Positions 45,413 to 55,136 of a stretch of 64,000 nt of DNA are shown piece by piece; position 1 is the first letter of the stretch, and each line of letters opens with the position of its first letter. The position numbers and the translations under genes are program-made. The DNA lies in the IMG/VR virus record IMGVR_UViG_3300012017_000779, positions 18,179 through 82,178 of that record. One strand, given 5' to 3'. This stretch comes from a virus. The notes under the pieces are model-generated. The model saw only the letters and a program-made list of their open reading frames with translations. It did not search any database and was not told the DNA's origin.

Positions 45413-46663
45413 TTAACAAGGATTAGATAATATAGTAGAAGATAAACCTACTTGCCAAAATTGTCTTTCATCACATATAATATTTTTATTAGAACTTCCA
45501 CCTACTGTTGTTACATAATCAATAGATGCAGGATCTACAAAATTTTTATTTGTTCCATCCCATTCTTCTATACCTATTTCTGATGCAACATTATCAATTC
45601 TATTTGCATAACCAGTTTTTGCACCAGTGTTCGAAGCAAAAACTAATCCTATAATTTTTCTAACTCCTCCAAAATCAGCAATTAATGCTGAACCTGAATC
45701 ACCACCTATAATAGGATTAGCACATAAAACACTTAAACTAGGATCATTTTCAGGTTTAACAAATTCAAGTTGATCTTGAAAATTTACATTAGTGAATGTA
45801 CCTTGTTTTCTATATTGTATTGGAAAAGCACTAAATATAGATTGTATTCTCATTGGACATGATGCACCACCTTTAGGACCTGTACTTCTTCCTGAACTAT
45901 AAATCATAGGATTAGTTGTAAGTAAATTATTTATTTCTGCAGTAGTTGCAAAAGGTAAAGGATTAGTATATGGATCACCAGCTTGCATTACTGAAGATGA
46001 TATTGTTCCTGTACCTATATCACTTTGATTTATAGAAAAAATACCACAATCTACTTTATTATAACCAGTTTGTTGTATAGGAACATATCTTAATGATCTT
46101 CCAATTTCATAATTTAGTGGTGGAGGAGAAAATTCTCCACTTTGATATACCTTATTTATTGGAGAATATTCATTTTGATATACTCCATTTATTAAACTTC
46201 TATCTGATGTATAAAAAGCATCTTGTATTAAAACGTGATTATTTGTTACACCAACTAAAGCTTGAGTATTAGTATCAACAGCAATAAAACCAAGTGTACC
46301 TACAGAACCCGGCAAATTAGATATTTGCATTGACAAACCTCCAACTAAAGGTCTTGTGAATGCTCTGTTTGCTGCTGAGTTTGGACCCATAAATGTGCCA
46401 CAATATGCATTACAAGCTAATAACTCTACTTTACCTGCTTCATATACATCAGTTTTTAAAACTTGATTTCCTATTGTAATTGAACTAGGAATAATTTCAG
46501 AATCTAAAAGTTCAGATATTGATTTTTTTTGGTCTACACCAAATCTAATACATAACTCATCTGTTTGAACATTTCCAACAAATTTATATCCATAAGAAAA
46601 ACTGTTTGCATTAAAAGCATTTTGTTCTGCTAATTCTTGAATTTTTAATTTAATATCTTCCAT
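45413..46663 (-). CDS. Trypsin-like (S1/PA clan) serine protease, Nal1-like (416 aa)
   Basis: GTLG...TNNHVL (His), VDCGIF (Asp), GRSTG and GGDSGS (Ser); the N-terminal GYK...KK...IP...TDV segment resembles the Nal1-type N-domain. Confidence 0.85.
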   Translation of the reverse strand: MEDIKLKIQELAEQNAFNANSFSYGYKFVGNVQTDELCIRFGVDQKKSISELLDSEIIPSSITIGNQVLKTDVYEAGKVELLACNAYCGTFMGPNSAANRAFTRPLVGGLSMQISNLPGSVGTLGFIAVDTNTQALVGVTNNHVLIQDAFYTSDRSLINGVYQNEYSPINKVYQSGEFSPPPLNYEIGRSLRYVPIQQTGYNKVDCGIFSINQSDIGTGTISSSVMQAGDPYTNPLPFATTAEINNLLTTNPMIYSSGRSTGPKGGASCPMRIQSIFSAFPIQYRKQGTFTNVNFQDQLEFVKPENDPSLSVLCANPIIGGDSGSALIADFGGVRKIIGLVFASNTGAKTGYANRIDNVASEIGIEEWDGTNKNFVDPASIDYVTTVGGSSNKNIICDERQFWQVGLSSTILSNPC

Positions 46664-46677
46664 TTTTATTATTTAAA

Positions 46678-49506
46678 TTAAAGTGTACCAAAAGTTGTAT
46701 ATATAGTATTTATAGTTGTTGGACTATCTCCACATTCATTTTCACATTCAAGAAATGTTGAATAAAATCCAGTACCATTTAATGGATCAACACAATTACC
46801 ATTAAGACAATTATAAGAAATAATAGGTGGTATTACACAAGCAGTTTGACAAGCTTCTAATGAAGAATATTCTCCTGAACCATTTCCTATCTCAATACAC
46901 TCACATGCAGTTTGTGTACAAAAACAATTATAAGTTAATGGTAATGATGGACATACAGGTTCTGCAGTTGAACAATTACAATCAGTATTACATCCACATG
47001 AATTTGTAGCACATGGATAAGCTGGATCATTTAATGCAGCTAAATCTATTAGTTCTTTTTGTACAATATATCTTTCATCTTCTTCAGGACAACAATTTGA
47101 TATTCCATATCTTAATTCTAAAACTTGTTTGTACATTGCTTCTGCAGCTCTACAAGAAATTTCTTCATACTTCCATGCTTCACATCCTGGAGTATTATAA
47201 CCAGGAGTAATAGATTTTTGTTTATTTTTTACTGGAGGACATACACCATTTGTACAGTTACCAAAATATTCTATTGTATATTTATATTCTATTGATGTAT
47301 AACTTCCTTGATTTGGAAGACTTGAAATATTTGTCCATTCACCAATAGGACAATTACAATCAGCTCCACATTCTAATGTTGCTATTGGAATATATGTTGC
47401 AACATTAGAATCATAAATAGATAAAATCCATTTTTTACCATCATAGTATATAAAAGCAATGAAAAGTAGACTATAAAATGTAGGTTTACCATTTTGATAA
47501 GTTAGTCCATTACTAGAAAAATTATAAATAGATCCATTTTCATCTATAAATATAAAGCTTTCACAATCTTTTGGTACATACCATCTTATTAAACATAACC
47601 TATCACTTTTTTGACCAGGTTGTAAAAAAATAGAATTTAAATTACCTTCACAATCTAAATACTGATATGAAACTTCTATATCTTCATCAATATAGTTTTT
47701 AATAGTACTACAAACACATGGTGCACTTGTTAAACATTCTATACATTCAGTATAAGAGTTTAAAATATCTGATATAATTCCTGCTCCATCATCTATAAGA
47801 GTTTCAGTTACTTCCCAACATGTTTCAGGACACCAATCTAATGTAATTACTTTACCAACATAATCTGAAAGATCCGTATATGTTATTATATCTAATTCAA
47901 GTTCTAAACAATCCTGTAATCTATAATATTTTCTATTACATAATATACAATCTAAATAATCTTCTAAAACTACAACAGGTGCATCTGATGGTATATTACC
48001 ATTAATTTGAGATACAATCCAACATTCTTCTGGACAGTCTTCTTTTCTAATTACTCTATCAACATACAAACTTAAATCATCTGAAGTATAAGTAAATACT
48101 GTAGAATCATTACATGATGTAAGTTTATAATTTATATTAGGTGAACAAGTTAAACAACAGGCACTAGTAGTTAATACTGTTACACTTATTGGACAAATAC
48201 ATTCTTGTGAAATTAATACTTTCCAGCATTCTGTATAACCAAGTATTGTAACCACTTGTCCAAGATTAGCAGGTAATGCTAATGATGGTGAGTTAGAATA
48301 AATAACATTAGTATTATCTGTACAATCTTCAAGTAAATAACATGCAGGTGGTGTACAAATATATTCTGTAACTTCTTCACATGTTTCTGCATCAATAACA
48401 GTAGTTTCAATACAATCACCATTATTAGTTATAATTGTAGGTATATTGTCATCTCCTGTAAATACAATAGGATAACTTTGAGCACAAAAACTTGATGTTG
48501 ATATTCCTAGATCTGGAAGTAAAACATAATTACCAGAACAATCTATATATTCAATAGATTTAAGATTACCTGTTACTGTATAACATGTACAATCACATAT
48601 ACATGAATTAGAAGTAACTAATACTTCTATTGCATTTGTACAATTAAATTCTGTAGTATCTTGAACAAAAACACAAAGATCAACTATATTATTTTCTGGG
48701 TCTACACTACTAACTGTAATGTGAAGTCCAATAAAAGCTGTTAAATCTGTTGATGTAGTAAATAAAGGTTGAGAACCATTACATGACCAAAGTGTAAAAC
48801 ATAATGGATTGCACTCAGGACAAGCATTAATATATCTTTGACAAGAGGAATCCGGTTGTGCAGGATATACAGGAGAATGATATATATAATTTCCTGATAT
48901 ATTTTGTGGAGCAACAGCTAAACAATTATATTGTGTAACAGTACTAACTGGTTGTCCAACTCCAACACTATGTAGTGTAATAGAATAACATTTGTTACTT
49001 ACTAAAGAAGTAGTAACATTACAATTAACATCTGTTGTTGGATAAGGACTTGAATCAATTGTACCTACATAACTTGCTACTCCATCTATTGGAACATTAA
49101 TTCCAGGCACTCTAAAATAAAGAGTTGGTCCGGAATTAGTACAACATGGTACATATTGTAAATATCTATTATTAGTTGGTTCTACAGGTGAAACACCACA
49201 AGCATTAATACAAGCTTGATCTAAACAACTATTTCCAGTTCCAAAAAATATTGTATAAACAACAGAAGTAGGCAGTATAGGATAAATACTTGGTGATACT
49301 CCAAAAACTAATCTATAACATTGTCCAGATACCAATGTATCTATACCTAAAGGACCTTGACCTTGTCCAGTAGCTGGTCCACCTGTATATCTATATATAG
49401 CACCATCAACTAAGTTACTACTTAATAAAGGCACAGTATCCATAAATATTATACTTTCTCCAGGTTCACAACATGGAACAAATGCTACAGTAGGTGCCGC
49501 TATCAT
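46678..49506 (-). CDS. Cys-rich repeat structural protein (942 aa)
   Basis: About four repeats of Y.L..C...YT..DLS.YV..V...CW.V and two C-terminal YNC...G(S/T)G.YS...C...C repeats. Confidence 0.65.
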   Translation of the reverse strand: MIAAPTVAFVPCCEPGESIIFMDTVPLLSSNLVDGAIYRYTGGPATGQGQGPLGIDTLVSGQCYRLVFGVSPSIYPILPTSVVYTIFFGTGNSCLDQACINACGVSPVEPTNNRYLQYVPCCTNSGPTLYFRVPGINVPIDGVASYVGTIDSSPYPTTDVNCNVTTSLVSNKCYSITLHSVGVGQPVSTVTQYNCLAVAPQNISGNYIYHSPVYPAQPDSSCQRYINACPECNPLCFTLWSCNGSQPLFTTSTDLTAFIGLHITVSSVDPENNIVDLCVFVQDTTEFNCTNAIEVLVTSNSCICDCTCYTVTGNLKSIEYIDCSGNYVLLPDLGISTSSFCAQSYPIVFTGDDNIPTIITNNGDCIETTVIDAETCEEVTEYICTPPACYLLEDCTDNTNVIYSNSPSLALPANLGQVVTILGYTECWKVLISQECICPISVTVLTTSACCLTCSPNINYKLTSCNDSTVFTYTSDDLSLYVDRVIRKEDCPEECWIVSQINGNIPSDAPVVVLEDYLDCILCNRKYYRLQDCLELELDIITYTDLSDYVGKVITLDWCPETCWEVTETLIDDGAGIISDILNSYTECIECLTSAPCVCSTIKNYIDEDIEVSYQYLDCEGNLNSIFLQPGQKSDRLCLIRWYVPKDCESFIFIDENGSIYNFSSNGLTYQNGKPTFYSLLFIAFIYYDGKKWILSIYDSNVATYIPIATLECGADCNCPIGEWTNISSLPNQGSYTSIEYKYTIEYFGNCTNGVCPPVKNKQKSITPGYNTPGCEAWKYEEISCRAAEAMYKQVLELRYGISNCCPEEDERYIVQKELIDLAALNDPAYPCATNSCGCNTDCNCSTAEPVCPSLPLTYNCFCTQTACECIEIGNGSGEYSSLEACQTACVIPPIISYNCLNGNCVDPLNGTGFYSTFLECENECGDSPTTINTIYTTFGTL

Positions 49507-49515
49507 TATATAATT

Positions 49516-49722
49516 TTATTTTATAAACTTTCTTAAAGCTTGTCCTCTTCTATGAGGAGTTATTTTTGTTTCTGTTTCTATAGTTACAGAAGGTTGATTA
49601 ACAACTTTTATTTGTGATTCATAACTATTTAAACAGTTAGTACATACTTGAACTCCATTAGATGCATTTCTTCTTTGGCATCCACAAGTTAAAGTTTGAT
49701 TACAATTTGAACATTGACTCAT
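49516..49722 (-). CDS. Small Cys-rich, probably metal-binding protein (68 aa)
   Basis: CxxC-x5-CxC-x11-CxxC; fills the intergenic gap and has an AACCAACCAA leader. Confidence 0.7.
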   Translation of the reverse strand: MSQCSNCNQTLTCGCQRRNASNGVQVCTNCLNSYESQIKVVNQPSVTIETETKITPHRRGQALRKFIK

Positions 49723-49741
49723 TTGGTTGGTTTTTAAAAGT

Positions 49742-50284
49742 TTAACAATTTACACATTCCATTTTCATTAAAAGTTTTAAAGCATAATTATATAATGACA
49801 TTCCTTTTTGAGGTTCATGACAAAATTCTACTTTAGCTTTTGCAGCATCTAAATACATACGTATTATTCTAAGTGCTTCTAATTTTTGTTTAATTCTAAA
49901 AGGTGGGTCACAATCAGCAACATCCACTCTACATAAAATATTATTATATCTATTTAATGCTTTTGTAATTCTTAAATGATTGTATTCTACAAATACTATA
50001 TCAGATGGTTCTACTGAATATTTAATAATATAAATACCATCAGGTATATCAGTATAACTTGTTCCACAATTTTGTGTTTGTAAATTTAAATCACATGCTG
50101 TCAAAGTTTCATTAAAATTTTGTAAAACAGGTATTTGTACAGAATATGTAAAACCTGGTACTGTAATATTTAATATTGGACAGGTTACAGGTATTAGTGG
50201 AGAATATACACTTGTATCAAATATACTTAAAATACATGTGTTCATTACAGTAGGTACCTCTAAACTTAATACATGATTTGCCAT
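49742..50284 (-). CDS. Putative tail hub/collar protein (180 aa)
   Basis: Beta-rich N-domain with IPDGIY.IKYSV and a helical C-terminus; follows the auxiliary capsid gene as in crAss-like genomes. Confidence 0.5.
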   Translation of the reverse strand: MANHVLSLEVPTVMNTCILSIFDTSVYSPLIPVTCPILNITVPGFTYSVQIPVLQNFNETLTACDLNLQTQNCGTSYTDIPDGIYIIKYSVEPSDIVFVEYNHLRITKALNRYNNILCRVDVADCDPPFRIKQKLEALRIIRMYLDAAKAKVEFCHEPQKGMSLYNYALKLLMKMECVNC

Positions 50285-50295
50285 AGTATTTATAT

Positions 50296-50332
50296 AAAAA
50301 AAGGGGAGGAGTATGAAACTCTTCTCCCCTTT
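50296..50332 (-). terminator. Intrinsic terminator after the auxiliary capsid gene
   Basis: Minus strand reads AAAGGGGAGAAGAGT-TTCAT-ACTCCTCCCC-TTTTTTT. Confidence 0.8.
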
Positions 50333-50357
50333 CTAGTTAATAATTAATTATCTGTTT

Positions 50358-52067
50358 TTATACTCCCCAACAAGAAACTGTATTGTAAGGATTATATACA
50401 GGTAATGTAGGGAATGCAATTGGAACAGTACAAGATGTACTACAAGTATAAACTTCATTAGTATCACATGTAGAACAAGACTCTAACCATGCAGCTGTAT
50501 CATTATAAAATGTTGTAAGAGCTGTTAAAGAAAATATCTCTAATAGGTATTGATCAGAATCAAATGTACCTGAAGGATTATAATTTCTTGGAACATTGTG
50601 TTGCAATATATATCTATAGTATAAAGCATTTCTATTAATAGACGTTACAAGTTGATTTCCTTGAGTAATCTCACGGATACGGATATCTGTTGCTAAGAAA
50701 TTTTGTCTGTAAGATTCTGACAAAGTAAGATCTCTTAAAATAGTTTCTCCTAAACCTTGAGCTTGAAGACCTTCACATTCAGTAACTGTACATAAAGAAT
50801 CAAATGTACAAGGATCACCATTAAGATCTACTTCAGAAGCATATAATTTAACAGGTTCTTTTTCATAGAAATCAGAAATCTGGAATGAACAATCTCCAAA
50901 CTTAGTATCTACATATGCACCATTTATAATTAAACCTGCACAAGCATTAGCTGTGTGTCCTGGAGATACATATAAATCCCAAGTAGTAGCACCATTAGCT
51001 GTTAAGAATGCAGCAGATGTACCTGGAGCATATAATAAATCACCAAGTTCTGTTTGAACAACAATTTGTAAAAACGGAGCTACAATTGGATTAGTAATTA
51101 AACCATTTGCCCATGCAATAAATACTCCAGTTGAATCAACAGGTGTAGGTGCTATTGCACCATCTGGACAACAACCTGTATAAGCATCAATTGTTGCATA
51201 TGCATTGTGATTTAAAAATCTCATTGCAGGAGAACCTTTTACATCTACTCTTAATGAGTAAGTTTCACCACAAAGATATTCTTTACAACATGTATATGTT
51301 GTACCACAACCTGTTTGAGTATGTGCTGTAGTTACTCCTGATGCACTAATAGTAAGAATTGCATTTCCAGGTAAACCACTTGCATAAGGAACAGTTACTG
51401 TATCTCCTACAGCATATCCTTTTCCAGGATTAAGAATAACAACTGAACCATTACTAATTTTACCAGCACCAGTTGTATCATAACTAATTTTAAGACCTTT
51501 TCCAGTACTTGAAGTATTTACAGGTTTTGCAACAACATTAATTGCAGAAAGTGCATACGATGTATTTACACCACCAATAGTACTATTAATAAGCAATACA
51601 CCACCACCTGCAGTCCAGTAAGTAGAACCTACGTGAATAACATTATTTTGTGGAGAACATGGATTTACTTGATAAAATGTAGATACATATTTAGGATTAA
51701 CCATCTTAGACTTGTTAGTCTCTTGATAACCACCTGCTAATGGACCAATTTTATCATTAGAATAAATTGCTGAACCAGCAAGATATACGTTACAACATCC
51801 ACTTAGTGTAACTGATTCATTATCTTTTGGATCAAACCATCCAATATAACCATCTGTAGTAGCTGTAGGTGCAGTACCATAGGTAGCAACAGTTAATGCA
51901 GATAATTGATTAAGTGCATAAGGAGGAAAACCAGGTGATGTTAAATAACCTGCATTTGTAGAAGCAACTCCTAATGAAGCTCCTAAAGGGTCAGTAATAG
52001 GAACAGTTGTTTGTGTTGGCCCTGTAGCCAAGAATGCTTTCTTGAAAGCATGATTAAAATAACTCAT
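50358..52067 (-). CDS. Putative auxiliary capsid (decoration) protein (569 aa)
   Basis: Has its own promoter and terminator, suggesting a high-copy product; synteny after the ring protein gene; CGETYSLRVDVKG motif; NPGKGYAVGDTVT insertion. Confidence 0.6.
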   Translation of the reverse strand: MSYFNHAFKKAFLATGPTQTTVPITDPLGASLGVASTNAGYLTSPGFPPYALNQLSALTVATYGTAPTATTDGYIGWFDPKDNESVTLSGCCNVYLAGSAIYSNDKIGPLAGGYQETNKSKMVNPKYVSTFYQVNPCSPQNNVIHVGSTYWTAGGGVLLINSTIGGVNTSYALSAINVVAKPVNTSSTGKGLKISYDTTGAGKISNGSVVILNPGKGYAVGDTVTVPYASGLPGNAILTISASGVTTAHTQTGCGTTYTCCKEYLCGETYSLRVDVKGSPAMRFLNHNAYATIDAYTGCCPDGAIAPTPVDSTGVFIAWANGLITNPIVAPFLQIVVQTELGDLLYAPGTSAAFLTANGATTWDLYVSPGHTANACAGLIINGAYVDTKFGDCSFQISDFYEKEPVKLYASEVDLNGDPCTFDSLCTVTECEGLQAQGLGETILRDLTLSESYRQNFLATDIRIREITQGNQLVTSINRNALYYRYILQHNVPRNYNPSGTFDSDQYLLEIFSLTALTTFYNDTAAWLESCSTCDTNEVYTCSTSCTVPIAFPTLPVYNPYNTVSCWGV

Positions 52068-52102
52068 TGTTTTTAGTTTTTAGTTAATAATATAATATAT
52101 AT

Positions 52103-52133
52103 ATAATATAATAAAAAGTTTTGAAATAACAAA
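52103..52133 (-). promoter_or_regulatory. Putative promoter TTTG-N19-TATATTAT upstream of 52067
   Basis: Same motif family as the other five sites. Confidence 0.6.
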
Positions 52134-52134
52134 A

Positions 52135-52587
52135 CTATTTTAAAAATTTTAATTTATATTTTGCAGAATTTAAACTTGATTTAACTGTGTCAAGTTCATT
52201 TACTATTTCTGAATATGGCATTTTAGATTGTAATCCATTTACCATATCAATTAACATTCTAATATAATCAAGACCATCTTCAACAGTATTTAAAGTTTTA
52301 TTTGGTGTTTCATTATATTTTAAAAGTGTTTCTGCTGCTCCTTGATATCCTTCAGCTAAATTATCAGCATGATCAACTAAAGCATCATATAAATCATTAA
52401 GAGCTTTATGAGCAGCAAATGATCCTACACCAGTTACTTTAAGATGTAACTTATGAAAACTTGTAGCAGCATTCATTAATTCTGATACACATGCTGCAGT
52501 CATTGTATCTAGAGATCCTCCTGCGGGTGCACTTGAATATGATACAGTTGATTCAGTATTTCTTTTTAAAAGTCTAGGCTTTTCCAT
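52135..52587 (-). CDS. Ferritin-like / Dps-like protein (DUF5856-like, 150 aa)
   Basis: FHKLHLKVTG.GSFAAHKALNDLYD...ADNLAE matches the Dps-type H..HW...G..F...H......Y.......D.lAE ferroxidase pattern. Confidence 0.8.
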   Translation of the reverse strand: MEKPRLLKRNTESTVSYSSAPAGGSLDTMTAACVSELMNAATSFHKLHLKVTGVGSFAAHKALNDLYDALVDHADNLAEGYQGAAETLLKYNETPNKTLNTVEDGLDYIRMLIDMVNGLQSKMPYSEIVNELDTVKSSLNSAKYKLKFLK

Positions 52588-52589
52588 TT

Positions 52590-53288
52590 TTAATTATTTT
52601 TTTCAGCATTTGCACTTCCTCTAGCAAACTGATTGTTTGACTCAATATCTCCTGCTAATATACTTACTGCTTCATCAATAAGTAATTCTATTATATCATC
52701 TTTAAATTCACATTGTACATTTGTTAAAGATACTATACCTGTGTAAGGATCAATACAATCTTGTATTTGAATTTTAATAGGTTGTCTATAATATATTAAA
52801 TCTGCACTTTCTATATTAAATTGATTGTTAGTATAAATATGTACATCATTACCTATTAAAGTAGCAAATGTTTCTGCCCATTCAAAACTAGGTTGTTTTA
52901 GTTTATCATTTAATAATTGTTGTAGATTTGCTTCTTCTGCAAAATAAACTGTCATTCTTCTTTTTTCACAACAATCTTGATTTGCAAACACATCTGTTCT
53001 TTTCCATTGTAAATAATCTTCTGGTAATGCTGCAAAATAATAATAATCTTTTGGATACAATGTTAAATCATATTTTTTCATTAATACTTGTAGGTCATCT
53101 TTTCTTCTAGTAGATTGTTCATCTCCTTCTTTATATTGATTACCTCCATGTAATTGTCTTCTAGCCCACTCTACTTGTGCTTTATTAAAAGACTCAACAA
53201 TTTGCCAGCACTCTATATTATCATAGTCATTGCTATCAAGCTTATTAAGCCTTTGCTTCATTTTTATAGTAATGGTGCTATTTAACAT
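52590..53288 (-). CDS. Head-tail ring/adaptor protein (crAss gene-74-like, 232 aa)
   Basis: LNKLDS...FNKAQ...EQSTRRKDDLQ.L...LPEDYL...YYRQP...IDEAV pattern, plus synteny. Confidence 0.7.
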   Translation of the reverse strand: MLNSTITIKMKQRLNKLDSNDYDNIECWQIVESFNKAQVEWARRQLHGGNQYKEGDEQSTRRKDDLQVLMKKYDLTLYPKDYYYFAALPEDYLQWKRTDVFANQDCCEKRRMTVYFAEEANLQQLLNDKLKQPSFEWAETFATLIGNDVHIYTNNQFNIESADLIYYRQPIKIQIQDCIDPYTGIVSLTNVQCEFKDDIIELLIDEAVSILAGDIESNNQFARGSANAEKNN

Positions 53289-53291
53289 GTT

Positions 53292-53438
53292 TTATTTATT
53301 TTTAGCCATTGCTTTAAATGTTCTTGCTAATGCTTTTCTCTTTGGTGTACATGTAGGTTTAGACATAGGAGTACAGTAACCTTTATGTTTAGGGTTAACT
53401 GCTTTTTGTATCCATTTCTTATCCTTCTTTTCAGCCAT
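53292..53438 (-). CDS. Small basic protein (48 aa), not in the ORF track
   Basis: Hand translation MAEKKDKKWIQKAVNPKHKGYCTPMSKPTCTPKRKALARTFKAMAKNK*; fills the gap between its neighbours. Confidence 0.8.
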   Translation of the reverse strand: MAEKKDKKWIQKAVNPKHKGYCTPMSKPTCTPKRKALARTFKAMAKNK

Positions 53439-53443
53439 TATTT

Positions 53444-54112
53444 TTAATTTTTATTTTTTAATACTGGATATTTTTTTTGTTGTTTTAGTTCTGCTGCCTT
53501 ATCCCACTGTTTCATTTGTTCTTTTATTGTTTTTCTTTCAAAAAGTTTTTGTGAATTAGTTTCTGAATTAAATTTTTTTACATCTTCAGCTACTCTAGGA
53601 AACATACTTTTTACTTTATCTTTTGGATAATTAAACTTTTTAGTAGCAGTTGTTTTAGATTTAGATACAATTTTTTTAGCTACAGGTTTAAGTGTTTTAG
53701 CTAATGGTTTAGTTGTTCTAATAGCCAATTTTATAATACCACCTAACTGAGCTTTTGGTAATTTTTTACTACCAGCACTTTTTTTAGCACCAACAATTTT
53801 GTCAGCAAAAGTTGCTTTGTCATATGGAGGAGCTAATGCTGCAAACTTAGCTGCTTTAGTTGCACCACCTTTTTTAGCAAAACCATATTGACCAGAAGTA
53901 CCAAGATTTTCTTGAGGTATACCATACATACCACCAGTACTTTTTTTAATTATTCTTTTAGTAGTAGTTCCTCCTACTGCCATTTTTGGTGTTGTAGGTT
54001 TTGTTATTTTTTTAACAACTTTTTTATCAAATGGTTTTATAATAGATTTTATTATACCACCCTTTTGCATTTTTTTCATAGAACCTCCGCAGCTCATGCA
54101 TTTTGTTTTCAT
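53444..54112 (-). CDS. Lys-rich basic protein (222 aa) with six GG motifs
   Basis: ORF track; N-terminus paralogous to that of 55136-55540. Confidence 0.75.
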   Translation of the reverse strand: MKTKCMSCGGSMKKMQKGGIIKSIIKPFDKKVVKKITKPTTPKMAVGGTTTKRIIKKSTGGMYGIPQENLGTSGQYGFAKKGGATKAAKFAALAPPYDKATFADKIVGAKKSAGSKKLPKAQLGGIIKLAIRTTKPLAKTLKPVAKKIVSKSKTTATKKFNYPKDKVKSMFPRVAEDVKKFNSETNSQKLFERKTIKEQMKQWDKAAELKQQKKYPVLKNKN

Positions 54113-54147
54113 TTTTTATAAATTTAAAATTACTAATAGTTTATTAT

Positions 54148-54507
54148 TTAATTATATAAATCTCTAACTGCTTTTTCATAAGCTTCTTTTTTAGTTAATT
54201 TTTTAGGATTTACTCTTTCATTAATTGCTTTTTGTAAATCTTTTTTAGCTTTTGATTGCTGCATAGTTGCATTTCCATTTTTATTAGATCCTTTAGTAAC
54301 AGGTTTACCTTCAGCAACTCTTATTTTTTGACCTGGTGAAGTAACTATTTTTTTAGATTTAATTTTTTTAGGAATATTACTTTTTAAAGGAGTTTTATAT
54401 ATACCTGATTTAACTAGTTGTTTAAAAGTTGACTTATTAGTTGGTGTAAATAATTTAATAATACTTTTTACAATTGCTCCTTTTTGAGCTTTTGGTAATG
54501 CTTTCAT
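54148..54507 (-). CDS. Lys-rich basic protein (119 aa)
   Basis: Begins LPKAQKGAIVKSIIK, similar to repeats in the 222-aa neighbour. Confidence 0.75.
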   Translation of the reverse strand: MKALPKAQKGAIVKSIIKLFTPTNKSTFKQLVKSGIYKTPLKSNIPKKIKSKKIVTSPGQKIRVAEGKPVTKGSNKNGNATMQQSKAKKDLQKAINERVNPKKLTKKEAYEKAVRDLYN

Positions 54508-54522
54508 TTTGTATATTTTAAA

Positions 54523-54795
54523 TTAACAATTCCATTTTCTTAAAGAAAGAGCTTTTCTTGTAGGTCTTCCTTTTTCATCTTTCATAGGTCCAGGCATTCC
54601 TGACATTCTAGCACAAAAACTTTTTCTTCTCTTTGCTGCTTTGCCATTTGGATCTAACTTAGATGGCTTAGTAGTGACTGCCATCTTAAGTTTAGATCCC
54701 GGATTAGCTGCTCTATAACTGGCTACTCCCTTTGCATTTAAACCTCCGGTTTTATTCTTACCTTCTTTTCTTGTCCAAGCTGCTGTCTTTGCCAT
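54523..54795 (-). CDS. Small basic phage protein, DUF6321-like (90 aa)
   Basis: GGLNAKG...NPGSKLK...RRKSFCARM...LRKWNC. Confidence 0.7.
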   Translation of the reverse strand: MAKTAAWTRKEGKNKTGGLNAKGVASYRAANPGSKLKMAVTTKPSKLDPNGKAAKRRKSFCARMSGMPGPMKDEKGRPTRKALSLRKWNC

Positions 54796-54797
54796 AA

Positions 54798-55136
54798 CTA
54801 TGCTTTTTTAACTCTTCTTCCCATACCTACTTTAGACTTTTCAGCTTTCTTAGCAGCTAGTTTAGAAGGAGTTAGTTCATACTTTGTTTTAGGAGTATCC
54901 TTAGATACTTTTTTTGTAGGCCGGCAGTATTCATTTGAACCACCGGCACCACAAGCTTTACCTGATTTTGTATCTTGCCATTTCTCTGCTTGCCATCTTT
55001 TAAGGTTTGAACCAGCTTTAGTTTTTCTAACTGTACCAGAACCTTTCCTACATTTAGCAATTGCTTGAGAAGCCCTTGCTGAAGGAAACACAGCATACTG
55101 TGCTTTTACTTTAGAATAACAAGCATCTTTTGGCAT
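54798..55136 (-). CDS. Small basic phage protein, DUF5872-like (112 aa)
   Basis: KDACYSKVK...PSARAS...LKRW..EKW...CRP...TPKT. Confidence 0.6.
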   Translation of the reverse strand: MPKDACYSKVKAQYAVFPSARASQAIAKCRKGSGTVRKTKAGSNLKRWQAEKWQDTKSGKACGAGGSNEYCRPTKKVSKDTPKTKYELTPSKLAAKKAEKSKVGMGRRVKKA

